From assembly GCA_032718475.1 (NCBI GenBank), contig JAUCBJ010006920.1, positions 1 to 34,635 of the forward strand: a stretch of DNA of 34,635 nt. Reading direction: 5' to 3'. Made by a program: the position numbers and the translations under genes. Origin of the DNA: Nemertoderma westbladi. Lineage: Eukaryota; Animalia; Xenacoelomorpha. Under the pieces are notes generated by a model. That model made no database searches, was not told where the DNA came from, and worked only from the letters and a program-made list of their open reading frames with translations. Positions 1-10,059 of the stretch are shown here, one piece after another (position 1 is the first letter of the stretch; every line of letters begins with the position of its first letter).

Positions 1-603
1 TACCGCTTTTGCTGCTTTTCGATCTGCCTCTGCTTCCGCTGCTGCCGCTGCTGCTGCTTTTCGATCTGCCTCTGCTTCCGCTGCAGCTGCTTTTCGATCT
101 GCCTCTGCTTCCGCTGCTGCCGCTGCTACTGCTTTTCGATCTTCTATTCGTTTTTTCTGGACTTGTGTTTCCTGGGCTCTAGCGATGCGTCTTTCCTCAT
201 CAAACTTAGCTTGATCTTCAGCTAACATCTGAGCATCGAGGTCGTCCAACACACGCTTAGCTCCTGCACTATTAGGTGAAACGCTTGCGTCCTTCTGGGC
301 TCCTCTCTGATGACTCCGAGGCGCACCCATGAGGCGGACGCTGTCCCACCACCCTTGGGGCCAGTCCGACTGATGTTTTATCAGACCGGGCCGGAGGGTA
401 GCCCGATGCTTCCCGGGTTCACTTTTCAATCCCCCGATCACACCGGCACAACTCGTCGGTGTAGCCAGATGGTCGGCTACTGTCAACTTGCTGTGGCCTG
501 ACTGTACATTGAGCCAACTCAGAGAGTCAACCGGCGGGTGGACCAGTCGATAGCGATCGAGCATCAAGGTCGCCCTTGAGCCAAACCGACGGTCTTGTCC
601 CAT
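1..603 (-). CDS. Open frame running off the left edge; charged/Ala-rich helical repeat protein, probably internal (gag-region) ORF of the LTR element
   Basis: Manual translation: ATG at 603, no stop to base 1 (upstream TGA 645-643). Ends ...LAEDQAKFDEERRIARAQETQVQKKRIEDRKAVAAAAAEAEADRKAAAAEAEADRKAAAAAAAEAEADRKAAKAV. Absent from the ORF track because it has no stop in the window. Confidence 0.55.
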   Translation of the reverse strand, partial: MGQDRRFGSRATLMLDRYRLVHPPVDSLSWLNVQSGHSKLTVADHLATPTSCAGVIGGLKSEPGKHRATLRPGLIKHQSDWPQGWWDSVRLMGAPRSHQRGAQKDASVSPNSAGAKRVLDDLDAQMLAEDQAKFDEERRIARAQETQVQKKRIEDRKAVAAAAAEAEADRKAAAAEAEADRKAAAAAAAEAEADRKAAKAV

Positions 604-1534
604 GTGGGCTTGCGCTACCCAGCATGGAATATTGACACGTTTTCACCCGCCTCGCCGGCAGTATTGAGGAGAAGTCGGTTCCACAAACAATACTGACTAG
701 CTCGAAAGCTAGGAACAAGTAACCACTTACCCGTCCTGTACACGTGTACTCAACAGCTATTCACGAAATCAAGTACACTACGGTAAACACAAAATCTGAC
801 GCATACCACGCACACACAGAGGACATAATCGGGGAAGACAAAATCGGTGACAAAATCAGAGGGGACAAAATTGTATCGACTAATAAAAGTCGAGAGTACT
901 TTATTTTACCGACAGGGTAAAATAACTTTGTGTGCACTAAGTATGCTGGGGCGCAGTAAAGATATGGTCCTACTAATAACCAGCGGCGACTGAACCAACC
1001 GGTAAGGGTTCCCATACCCACTCGCAGTGGCCATACATACACTCACGTACACCACGTACACACACAAACCACAGATTCCAGAGTATCATCCACTCGGACC
1101 ACACTACAACACCAACCCCTCCTTGCAGCCGATATTCCGGGTGCCACCTCCATTCCAATAGTAGTACCAACAGAATCATCAGAACCTGTCCATTCCGTGC
1201 AACACCTCCATTCCAATAGTGCTACCCTGGGAAAAAACACGTTTTGGCAACCGATTGGAGACAGTACAGAGTCTGGTCAACTCATACATACCAAACATAG
1301 ACCTACCACATAAACCACATAAACCACAGATCACACTAAGCCACCACCCCTACTGTGTACAGGACTGGCAGTACGGCAACAGGCCGACTAGACGGTACCA
1401 CGGCACCATGTTGATTCATGGTTCGCTAGACACGAGGGCCTTCAGTATCTCCCTAGCACTATAGCTGAGATTTAACGTGCCCCCAGACCCTCACGAGTCC
1501 GCCGCCGCCTGTTATGGACACCCCTATAGAGACC

Positions 1535-2107
1535 TCACCTCCTTAGGCATCCATTCAGCCGTCTTCTCAACTCCTCGTCTCCTATGAATCGCTGATAATC
1601 TGACAGATAGATATCGATTGCATCTCTAGTTCGCGGCTTCTCTGTAGATGTTAATTCGCTTTCCACTTCGCTTTCCACTTCGCTTTCCACTTGGGAAGAA
1701 GGGGCGTCGGTTGATTCTTCAAAGGTTGGCCGCTCATCGCAAACCGTATCCGCAATTTTCGCCCCGCGTTCGGGCGTCCGCTCAACAGTCTCCGAACTAC
1801 TGGAGCTATCTGGTCGCTGGGGACTAGGTTCTCGATCAGGATGTTGCTGCGATAGGACAGCTTCCTCTAGGTTCCGTTTTACCTGGGCCCGAGTGCCTAT
1901 GATAGACCTATGGTGGATTAGCCTAGGGTCTGATACTACTACTGTAGGGCTAGGGATGACCTTGCTTACAGTAGGAGGGGACTTGGACTTCGGTCTCAGA
2001 CGTTCTATACTCTTAGCTGAGTCCCAGATCTTTTTAAGACCCTGTCTAACACTCGTTCTAGCACTTTCTAAGAAACTATCTGACAGTGATTGGGTTTGGT
2101 CAGCCAT
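1535..2107 (-). CDS. First ORF after the putative PBS (190 aa, Ser/Pro/Glu-rich, low complexity); possible gag N-terminal exon
   Basis: ATG about 290 nt downstream of the PBS-like motif; contains a (SEVE)n repeat; its TGA lies inside a donor-like AG|GTGAGG at 1539/1538. Confidence 0.5.
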   Translation of the reverse strand: MADQTQSLSDSFLESARTSVRQGLKKIWDSAKSIERLRPKSKSPPTVSKVIPSPTVVVSDPRLIHHRSIIGTRAQVKRNLEEAVLSQQHPDREPSPQRPDSSSSSETVERTPERGAKIADTVCDERPTFEESTDAPSSQVESEVESEVESELTSTEKPRTRDAIDIYLSDYQRFIGDEELRRRLNGCLRR

Positions 2108-2400
2108 GTTTGATTGTACAGTTGAATGCCTACTGCTATAGTTACAGTTAAAGCAAGTCTAGTAATTCAGTAAGACTGTTGGCCTAGTACCGGTAATTAA
2201 TTGCAATATATTAGAATACCGGTATACACTTATAGTATATATAAGTATAACTATTACTAGAATTAATTACAGAATACCGGTATGATTTCAGCTCAAATTT
2301 ATAGAAATAAATATAATAAACCTATTAGAGATACCGGTATATCAATTATTTAGGATAATTGAATTTCTGAAATTATAAGTTACTTAGTTACTTGAGTTTA

Positions 2401-2411
2401 CTCTGTTACCG
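2401..2411 (-). promoter_or_regulatory. Putative primer-binding site (initiator tRNA-Met-like)
   Basis: Minus strand reads ...GCTTACA taa CGGTAACAGAG, a 9/11 match to TGGTAGCAGAG (complement of the metazoan tRNAiMet 3' end), 3 nt after the candidate LTR end. Confidence 0.45.
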
Positions 2412-3269
2412 TTATGTAAGCAGTAGTCCAACTGATATTGAGACCTACTTGTCGTATGGCAGGCCTACTGATTTACAAATCTTTGGAGTTGATTTACAAT
2501 ATATATATACCCTGATAAGGGATTTGTTACAAGATTGAAATAGGTGTTACTATTTCCGGCAAAATACCACTACACAGAAGCTAAGCGCTTTCAGTGAAGT
2601 ACTACTTATGGGACACTAAACCGAATAATTCTACTGGCCTACGTTACTTATTTACTAGTTACTTACTATTGGTGAGATTACAATCTCTAATAAACACACA
2701 AAACGTTACGTACAGAAATCTTTTAGGGCAATTTTACAGGGAAACTACTAACCAGTCTAACAAAGGGTTAGAACTTCTGGCTATTACAACGAACAGGATA
2801 CTACGGTATTTGAAAATAATAAGTAGAAGTAAATATTGCGTTGTCTAGATAGGAAAATACCACCGCCTGACGACCTACAGCCGTAGCGCTATAGGTACAA
2901 CGTTATGTATCTACGGAGTGTTCCTACCTAGAAGTTAATTACCGCCGTCTACCAGAACGAGCGTGCCTATTAACTACTTTACAACACAATAATGCCTACA
3001 CTAATTACTCTCGGACAGCACTGTACACTAAACCCTAAATTAGGTACAGGTACTTGTAAAACAGATAACCAGTAGTTAACTATACTTGAACAGTTAAAAG
3101 AACCACAGCATCTGCTGGAGTGACCGGGGCACTGAGTCACCAGTCTTTACCTACGCCAAGCAGCCCGTGTAGTACTGGGGTTAATTTAACTATAACGGTA
3201 TGTATAACAAACACAATTACTGTAGGAATAAACTTGGGGACATAAATGTTGCGAGTAATTGCATAAACT

Positions 3270-3850
3270 CTGAATAATAAATATTACGCTACCCGTACAG
3301 AATACTCAAATAAAATACAAACTAAAATGCTGACAGACTACCACTAAGCCTAAACAAACTACTGTATGTGCAGATTCTGAAACTGTTAGTTAGTATGCGT
3401 GCTAATACGGTAGTACGACTTATTCTTTAAGAGGGGATTGTCCTTACAGCGATGGCTGCCCCAACTTACTAACGGCACTTTATCAGACTTACTCTACACA
3501 CGTAGCAATTCCTTCAGACCCAACAACAGCTAGGCAACAATCCAGCCCACAAAATATCTGAATAATATTACGGTATCTGAACAGACTATACAAACAATAC
3601 AGGATAAACGCTGACGGACTACTATCAAGCCTAAATAACCACAGTATATGCAGATTCCGAAACTTGTTAGTGAGTATGCGTGCTAATAAGGTAGCGCGGC
3701 TTATTCTTTATAGGGGTTGACCTTACAACTTACGAGTTGCCCCAACTTACTAACTGGCACCTATCAGACTCTCTACACACGCTGTAATCTTCAAGCCTAA
3801 CAACCGTCAGACAACAGTCCAGCCTACAATGATCTGAACAATCTGAGCAG
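3270..3850. repeat. Diverged ~280-bp tandem duplication inside the LTR
   Basis: Paired motifs: TATGCGTGCTAATA at ~3394 and ~3675, TGCCCCAACTTACTAAC at ~3457 and ~3738, CTCTACACACG at ~3492 and ~3771. Confidence 0.85.
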
Positions 3851-4850
3851 ACTTACACGTCTTCGGCTCAATATTAACTTACTAGTAAATAAAACCGACA
3901 GAAATAAGTAAACTATACAAAAGAATGAGGGGTGATCAATCCCTATTCCCCTGGCAGCCCACAATATACAATAGATCACAATCGAAATAATACTAATGTA
4001 CTTGCACAGCAGTACCGGTTATGACAGTTGGGCCTACGGACCTACGGTAGTAGTACCGGTATTTTCAATCTTATTGCTTACCGCAAATAAGATCGATAGC
4101 TATTATTGTACGCGCTTTTATAGACCTTCAGCAGTTTAACCTGCCGAAATTTATATGTCTTTATTGATAAACTGCCTTTTATAAGATGACAAGATTTAAT
4201 ACAAAAACAAACCAAAAACATTAGCCGAAGCCAGTCCATGCGCGTCCAAATGACCCGTTTATAACACCGGGAGACTGGATTCGTGGGCTTAAATTTATTT
4301 GCGGTCAAGCCTACTGTATTATTCGATTGATTACTAATATATAATCTCTGACAAATATTATTCACTTTCGGGAAATATTAGCAGTTCCTTTTAGGACGTG
4401 GCGCTCTACCTATGTAAACAGAGTTATGACTGATACTACACACAACGATATGGCTTAAATTTCAAGCATAGGGCGCATTCTTTAGGAATGCTTTATTATC
4501 AGATCCAATCACTTTACAATCACGCACGCTACCGGTAACGCACAACACTGCTCACTGATATGCCGACAGTTACTGACTTTGATCAGGTATAAAGAGATAT
4601 GCACTGGACTCAGGTAGTGTCTGTCAAACAACATTAGATTCACTACAAACACAATAATAAAGTCGCAATTGTTGTACATAACCTTTCTCTCTAACCTGTA
4701 GTGTATCAAAGATATTGGGAAAATGTGGGTTGATTATTGATATTCTTCAACTAATAACATCCAATTATACTGATACAAAATTACAAACAGTAAAAGCAGT
4801 ATGACGGTAGGTTAAGATATAATTAGATTGCATTGAATCGTTAAGTTATA

Positions 4851-4927
4851 AATTGGAATCGTGTCGAATCGAATCGGATCGAATCGGATCAAATTGGATC
4901 AAATCGGATCAAATCGGATCAAATCGA
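4851..4927. repeat. Pentamer microsatellite (GAATC/GGATC/AAATC)n
   Basis: gaatc gaatc ggatc gaatc ggatc aaatt ggatc aaatc ggatc...; absent from the homologous right-hand copy. Confidence 0.9.
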
Positions 4928-5341
4928 TAATAGCTATGCTTTCTATAATTTAGCCTACTAATGTTCTTATAAAAAGGCAGAAACATTGCGTCATTCCAGC
5001 CGATCTTCAGGCAGTATAGAACGACATAAACACTGAGTTTGGGAGCTGCTGTAGGTATCTCTTCAAGGAAAACGCAAATCACCCTGATTGGTTGTTAGAC
5101 CAAAACAAAGGAACCAGGAGTCCAATGAGAGCTCCCTCCACGTCATCATCCAGCTGGGAGATGTCGTAATCAGAATCCTTCCCTTGACATAGTGACAGTG
5201 AAATGCCGCATTGCGGGTTATGTACCCTGCTACGTCCGCATAAAGCACACATTCAGAAGAATCTATTTTATGTCCGTTAAAAACACTTATACAGCACCCC
5301 GAGGGCTAGGGGATCCAATTATATCTGTAAACGCTTTTACA

Positions 5342-5425
5342 GCAGGTTTCAGAGTATTTCAGCGTATGGGGGAAAAACTGGATCGCGGGGCGAAGGACCC
5401 GTTGCATCCCACAGAAGCTTTTACA
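5342..5425 (-). mobile_element. First 84 bp of a related LTR, interrupted by the element at 5341
   Basis: Minus strand from 5425 reads TGTAAAAGCTTCTGTGGGATGCAACGGGTCCTTCGCCCCGC, resembling TGTAAAAGCTTTTGCGGATATAATCAGTCCCCTTGCCCGC at 32629. Confidence 0.6.
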
Positions 5426-6206
5426 ATATCTCTTCTTTATTTTCACCATTCTCTTCTAAATGTTTAATAATTTTCCGCAATTTATTCTTATTTCCAAGTA
5501 ATTGTCTCAATATTTCCTTATTATTATCATTTTCATCATCTTCTTCACTTTCCTGACCTTCACTTTCTTCGTCGTCTTCCTGTTCTTCACTTTCTTCGTC
5601 CTCTTCATGACCTTCACTTTCTTCATCCTCTTTCTGACCTTCGCTTTCTTCATCCTCTTCCTGTTCTTCACTTTCTTCATCCTCTTCCTGTTCTTCACTT
5701 TCTTCATCCTCTTCCTGTTCTTCACTTTCTTCATCCTCTTCCTGTTCTTCACTTTCTTCATTCTCTTCCTGACCTTCGCTATCTTCACCCTCTTCCTGAC
5801 CTTCACTTTCTTCGTCATCTTCCTGACCTTCACTCACTTCGTTCCCAACTTCACTCTCTTCAACTTCATCTTGACCCTCACTATTTTCATTCTCCATCTC
5901 ATCGTCCTCTTCTTCTTCACTTTCCTCACTCAAATTTTCATCATTTTCTAGGGGTAACTGTTTTTGTATCCTTTTCAAAATATTCATAACTTTATGAAAT
6001 TTATTTTCTGTTGTCTGTTTTATCTTTAATATATCACGCTCAACTCTCTTTTTCTTTTCATCTTCACTAAAAATATCTTCGGATTTTTTAAATTTCTTTG
6101 GTAATGGATCCATTAGTTTATCCTTTCTATGTCTTTCCATGTGACGAGATAGATTGTCTTGTCTCATTTCTTTATTACAAACCAAACATTTTTCATAACT
6201 AGGCAT
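5421..6206 (-). CDS. Intronless protein with one N-terminal C2H2 zinc finger and a long acidic repeat; 3'-truncated by LTR insertion
   Basis: CLVC-x12-HMERH finger; 27-nt repeat encoding EESEEQEED (~5545-5835); the last codons T|TG TAA are supplied by the LTR start at 5425. Confidence 0.7.
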   Translation of the reverse strand: MPSYEKCLVCNKEMRQDNLSRHMERHRKDKLMDPLPKKFKKSEDIFSEDEKKKRVERDILKIKQTTENKFHKVMNILKRIQKQLPLENDENLSEESEEEEDDEMENENSEGQDEVEESEVGNEVSEGQEDDEESEGQEEGEDSEGQEENEESEEQEEDEESEEQEEDEESEEQEEDEESEEQEEDEESEGQKEDEESEGHEEDEESEEQEDDEESEGQESEEDDENDNNKEILRQLLGNKNKLRKIIKHLEENGENKEEIL

Positions 6207-6317
6207 TATATAGCAATGTCAATTGATATTATGAGTTTTCGATAAATGATTTTACATAATTTTAAATAAATAAAACTTTTATGAAAATAAATAAAACTTT
6301 TAAAAATAAAAATTAGA

Positions 6318-6353
6318 GAATGAATGGGAATGCGGTGACTGGGGGCTTTTATA
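6318..6353 (-). promoter_or_regulatory. TATA box plus initiator for the C2H2/acidic ORF
   Basis: TATAAAA at 6353-6347 and TCATTC at 6323-6318 (A at 6321, TATA at -32), 115 nt upstream of the ATG. Confidence 0.55.
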
Positions 6354-6841
6354 GAGGGAGGTTAGAATGGAGTTGTGAAAGAAGAATAATCTATTGCCAT
6401 ACCAGATGTTTATTATAATTTCTTGGATGAGTTGATATAATAACGAAGCTGTGGGTATGAATAATTTAAGCTCTGTGGCAGGCCCCATTCACGCAGGCCC
6501 CATTCACGCATTGATGATTGGGTTAGTCATGCTATACGGTTAATAAGAGCCCGAGCAGCCACAGATTATTGAGGGATGACTCGGGGCTAAACTGGGGCCA
6601 TTTTATTTTCGAGTGAGGGTATATTTATGTTTTGGGCCTCGATTGCATCTTTATATTTAATTCTATCTTTACCTACTGTATGGCAAAAATAATACAAATG
6701 TACTGTATATTGTATTGCACAGTGTCTATTGTATTGTATATTTCGTTTGTTATAGTACAATTTATTCATCCCGCGTCCCTATCTGATTGATTTGTATCAA
6801 ATTAAATTGCCTTTGGCAACATTATTTGATACGAGTCGATT

Positions 6842-6888
6842 GATTAAACAATTAATTAATTGTTTAATCGACCAATTAATTAATTGGT
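6842..6888. repeat. Two adjacent perfect palindromes (28 bp and 18 bp)
   Basis: GATTAAACAATTAA|TTAATTGTTTAATC (6842-6869) and ACCAATTAA|TTAATTGGT (6871-6888). Confidence 0.9.
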
Positions 6889-6967
6889 TAATTAATTAAT
6901 GATCTACTTAACACCCAAGGTGTGAAGTGGGTCCAACTGTCGCCGAGGGTGGCATACTATTACTACT

Positions 6968-8180
6968 AATGTTGTCTCGTTTCACCCCTGATGGATTCTT
7001 GACTTGGTTACATATTATATTACTAATGGACGATTCTGTAATCTTGGCAACTTCTAGGAAAGTATGTATAGAGAAACTTCTTGTTGTTCTAGAATTTTGT
7101 GCTGAATATGGTATGAAGTTAAATCTTAAAAAAACAAAATTCATGGTATTTGGACCTACAACGCCGCTTGATTTAAAAGAAATTAATATTAGTTGTTATA
7201 ATTATTCTATTGAGCCAGTCATCATACAGAATTGTTCGAGCTATTTTTACTTAGGTTCGCCGATTGCCCAAACGGGTGGTTTAAATAATGTTATAAAGCT
7301 CCATTGTGACGACAAAGTGAAGCAGGTATCAAAATTTAATGCCTTTGTAGCAAAGCACTATAACTCTCCAATATGGCTAAAACTTCTTGTGTTTCAAAGC
7401 GGTACGTTATCGTCGATCCTGTATGGGTGTGAAACCTGGGTTGGCGGGAAATTTGATTGTGTTTGCAAACAATACACAAATATGCTTACATTAGCGCTGA
7501 GTGTCAGACAGAATGTCTGCAGAGACAGCCTGTTTATTGAATCTAACATGCCGGACCCTAGGTCGTTAATTCGGAAAAAACAAATAGATTTTATCTTGAA
7601 CATGCTAGAAGACGAAGAACTACACAAGCCGTTAATGTTTGCGCTGTCATTATGTATGATGAAACGAACCCCCATGGCTCGAGCTTTCGAGGAACTTATG
7701 CGCTCTACGGTTGATCCGGTCGCTAATTTCTTCGACGAGGCAAGGGAAAGAATTGCTTCCAATAATACGTCGACCACGCTAATCGAGTATAGGGAGATGA
7801 ACGGGGAGCTACGGTCCCCTGATGTTTACACAAAACGCGGTGCGGTATTCGAACCTCACAGGATTGCATGGTCTCGCCTCCGCCTCGGATCGACGAGACT
7901 AGCAGTTGAAACTGGTAGATGGAGGAAAATCCAGGCCGACTCAAGAGTATGTAAATGTGGGAGTATCCAAACCATGCTACATATTATCATCTGTGCGCTA
8001 TCCACGCCAATCGAGTTACCATAATGCCGAAGGATATCCAAACTGGCTCGTAGGATCAGAGGCAAGAGGGCGTAAGGACCCGCAACAGTTTTAGACGTTT
8101 ATGTATCAGAAAACATTTACTTGTATTCGTTATAGAGAACATTTATCATTCATTCATTCATTCATTTATTCATTTATTTA
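6968..8180 (+). mobile_element. 5'-truncated non-LTR retrotransposon: RT C-terminal half, C-terminal Cys/His knuckle, (CATT)n tail
   Basis: DGFLTWLHIILLMDDSV (catalytic xxDD), KLNLKKTKFMVF, YFYLGS, ILYGCETW, RLRLG..LAVETGRW..RVCKC..H..C; tail cattcattcattcatt at ~8147-8180. 5' boundary approximate, clade not assigned, no TSD seen. Confidence 0.88.
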
Positions 8181-8840
8181 AATATAGATAAAACAAATGT
8201 TCTAGAACATTGTGTATTCCAATGGACAACAGATTCTAGAATTTAATCTTCATATTATATAAATAACAAAAACGTCGATAAAACTTGTCATACGCAAAAC
8301 ACTAATGTTTTAAGTTGCAACAAAGTTTTAATATTTGATGAGTATAGTTTCAAACGTGTATGAACTTAATTAAGTAGTAGTTCGAGTGCATACAGTATCG
8401 TGCAGTCAAATTTAGTTTAGTTGGACAAATATTTCTCTTTTCTTTGGTTATTTAATTTGTGGTCTGTTACGCGTTAATTTCCGAATCATTTGTCAATAAA
8501 ATTATATATATATATACTGACAGAAACTCAAAATACAGTACTTATAACCATTTACTAAGTACGCCTAAATGTGTACAACAGTTTATAAATTTTGAATTGA
8601 GTGACATGACAGGCTAGATTAAAGGTACAGTAGAATACAATTTCATTGAGCGATTGCGTAGGGCTTCAATAAGTATAATTATATGAAGCAGATTAGAAAA
8701 GCGGGTAGAAATTAAAAGTAGAGTAGGGTATTTTAACTGTAAAGGGTATTTTAATGTGTATTTTTAATACGTGTATTTTTCAATATGTCAATTTTATTTG
8801 ATTAAATAATGAATGAATGAATATAAGTAGGATATGTTTG

Positions 8841-9460
8841 CTAGAATACGTATAGGGGGAAGGAATTGCCTTGTACATTTAGAGTGGGCCTGTGTCTACC
8901 AATTAGCAAACTTTCTTTTATAAGTAGGTCGTAATTGCTAGATGCATGGGCAAGGGGGGTAAAGTCTTCCATTGAAAAGGGTTGATCAGCCAGTATTGTA
9001 TGTTCCCGGACGGCCGAGTGTCTATGGGCCACAGATTTTCCGGTTCGAGGTGATAAACTCAGGTGCTCACAGATTCTGACCTTAAATTGCCTTTCGGTTT
9101 TACCGATGTAAGTAAGTATCATCGCAGATACCACACTTGAATTTATATATGGTCAGTGGACTGAGTGCACGAGGTAGTCTATCTTTGAACCGGAAAAAAT
9201 TTCCAAGTCGGTTGGTTGGTTTAAATACAAACTTGAAATCGCACTGAGGATAAGCTCTAGACATAATTTTCAGACGTCTGAGTAAAATAGATGAGAACTC
9301 CCCGAGGTAGGGTAAACATACAAGTAGAGGTTTCTTATCAGCCTTTTGTTTGGTGGGGTTTAGTGGGCCCGGCCAGCTTAACTGTGACCCAGCCTGTAAT
9401 TCAACCTAGAGTGCTTCTAGGGTAACCATTAAGCACCAGAAAATTGTGTAATTTACCTAT
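8841..9460 (-). mobile_element. Degenerate Penelope-like element (RT thumb plus GIY-YIG endonuclease), Poseidon-like architecture
   Basis: Translation across frameshifts: FLVLNGYP...LPYLGEFS...FVFKPTNRLGNFFRFKDRLP...IYKFKCGICDDTY/IGKTERQFKVRICEH...LLIKESLLI..RPTLN; a 4-nt TTAC duplication near 9110 breaks the YIG motif. Confidence 0.85.
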
Positions 9461-9689
9461 TAAGATAATAGCTAAAGATAGCAATAATTATCGTTTGCTG
9501 AAGGACATTTATTCTAAGTAATAAATAAATAAAATTCTAGAACGTGTTATTTATTTTATGAATTGGTGGGCAACAGCGGTATTCCTATCCAATATCTATA
9601 TTGCGTAGCTATTCATACTTAAACAAAATGTTCCAGAACATTGTGTATTTATTAAATAGAATAAAAGGCATCTAGCGAACGATGATTCT

Positions 9690-10039
9690 TGCAATATTTG
9701 AACGCCTATATCTCAGCTGTTTCTCAACGAAATTCGGATATTGTTACATATTTCGAATCCTTGCAACGCAAGCTTTCTAATGATATGAAAAAATTACGAC
9801 TAATGTGAAGAATGGCCTCGATACGAAGGGTGCGATTTCGCAAAAGACACTTTTTTAAAACGCTTATTAAAAAAATTTATAGGCGCAAGCGAAAATTCCG
9901 GCTTCATGGAGTCAACGACAGTGATTGGAACTAGTTGTGTTTCAAATTTCAAGAAATATGATAAAGATTTGTAGAAAAATCTGGGGGGGGGGGGGGCTCC
10001 GTCTCATCAGAAAATGACACTATATTACGGGCCATGGTG
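9690..10039. mobile_element. Probable non-autonomous DNA transposon remnant (one end)
   Basis: MITE-like internal motifs (GTTTCAAATTTCAAG, poly-G) and a terminus GGGCCATGGTG followed by TA; matching left TIR not found. Confidence 0.35.
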
Positions 10040-10059
10040 TATATATGTTAGTGATAAAT

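Larger units (their letters stand above)
1..5341 (-). mobile_element. 5' part of an LTR retrotransposon-like element (LTR, PBS, first ORFs); continues beyond the left edge
   Basis: Begins TGTAAAAGC at 5341 (minus) and is colinear with 32629-34635 (plus) from the same terminus. Candidate LTR end GCTTACA at 2415 is followed by a PBS-like motif and an ORF at 2107. No pol domains are in the window, so the superfamily is not established. Confidence 0.7.
2415..5341 (-). repeat. Putative long LTR (~2.93 kb)
   Basis: Non-coding; termini TGTAAAAGC...GCTTACA (TG..CA with short inverted ends); about 3.4-5.34 kb aligns by eye to 32629-34635. Confidence 0.5.

Noticed and set aside
310-501. Short plus-strand ORF (and similar 60-100 aa ORFs in 527-5467)
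   Set aside because: Antisense shadows of the minus-strand ORFs or chance frames in LTR DNA; no motifs.
5502-5951. Phe-rich 149-aa and Lys/Arg-rich 108-aa ORFs
   Set aside because: Antisense and alternate-frame readings of the 27-nt acidic repeat.
8190-9650. TTCTAGAA motifs (8200, 8234, 9535, ~9631) as heat-shock elements; hammerhead downstream of the decayed PLE
   Set aside because: Only two nGAAn units each, inside dispersed AT-rich repeats; no intact CTGANGA/GAAA core found on the minus strand.
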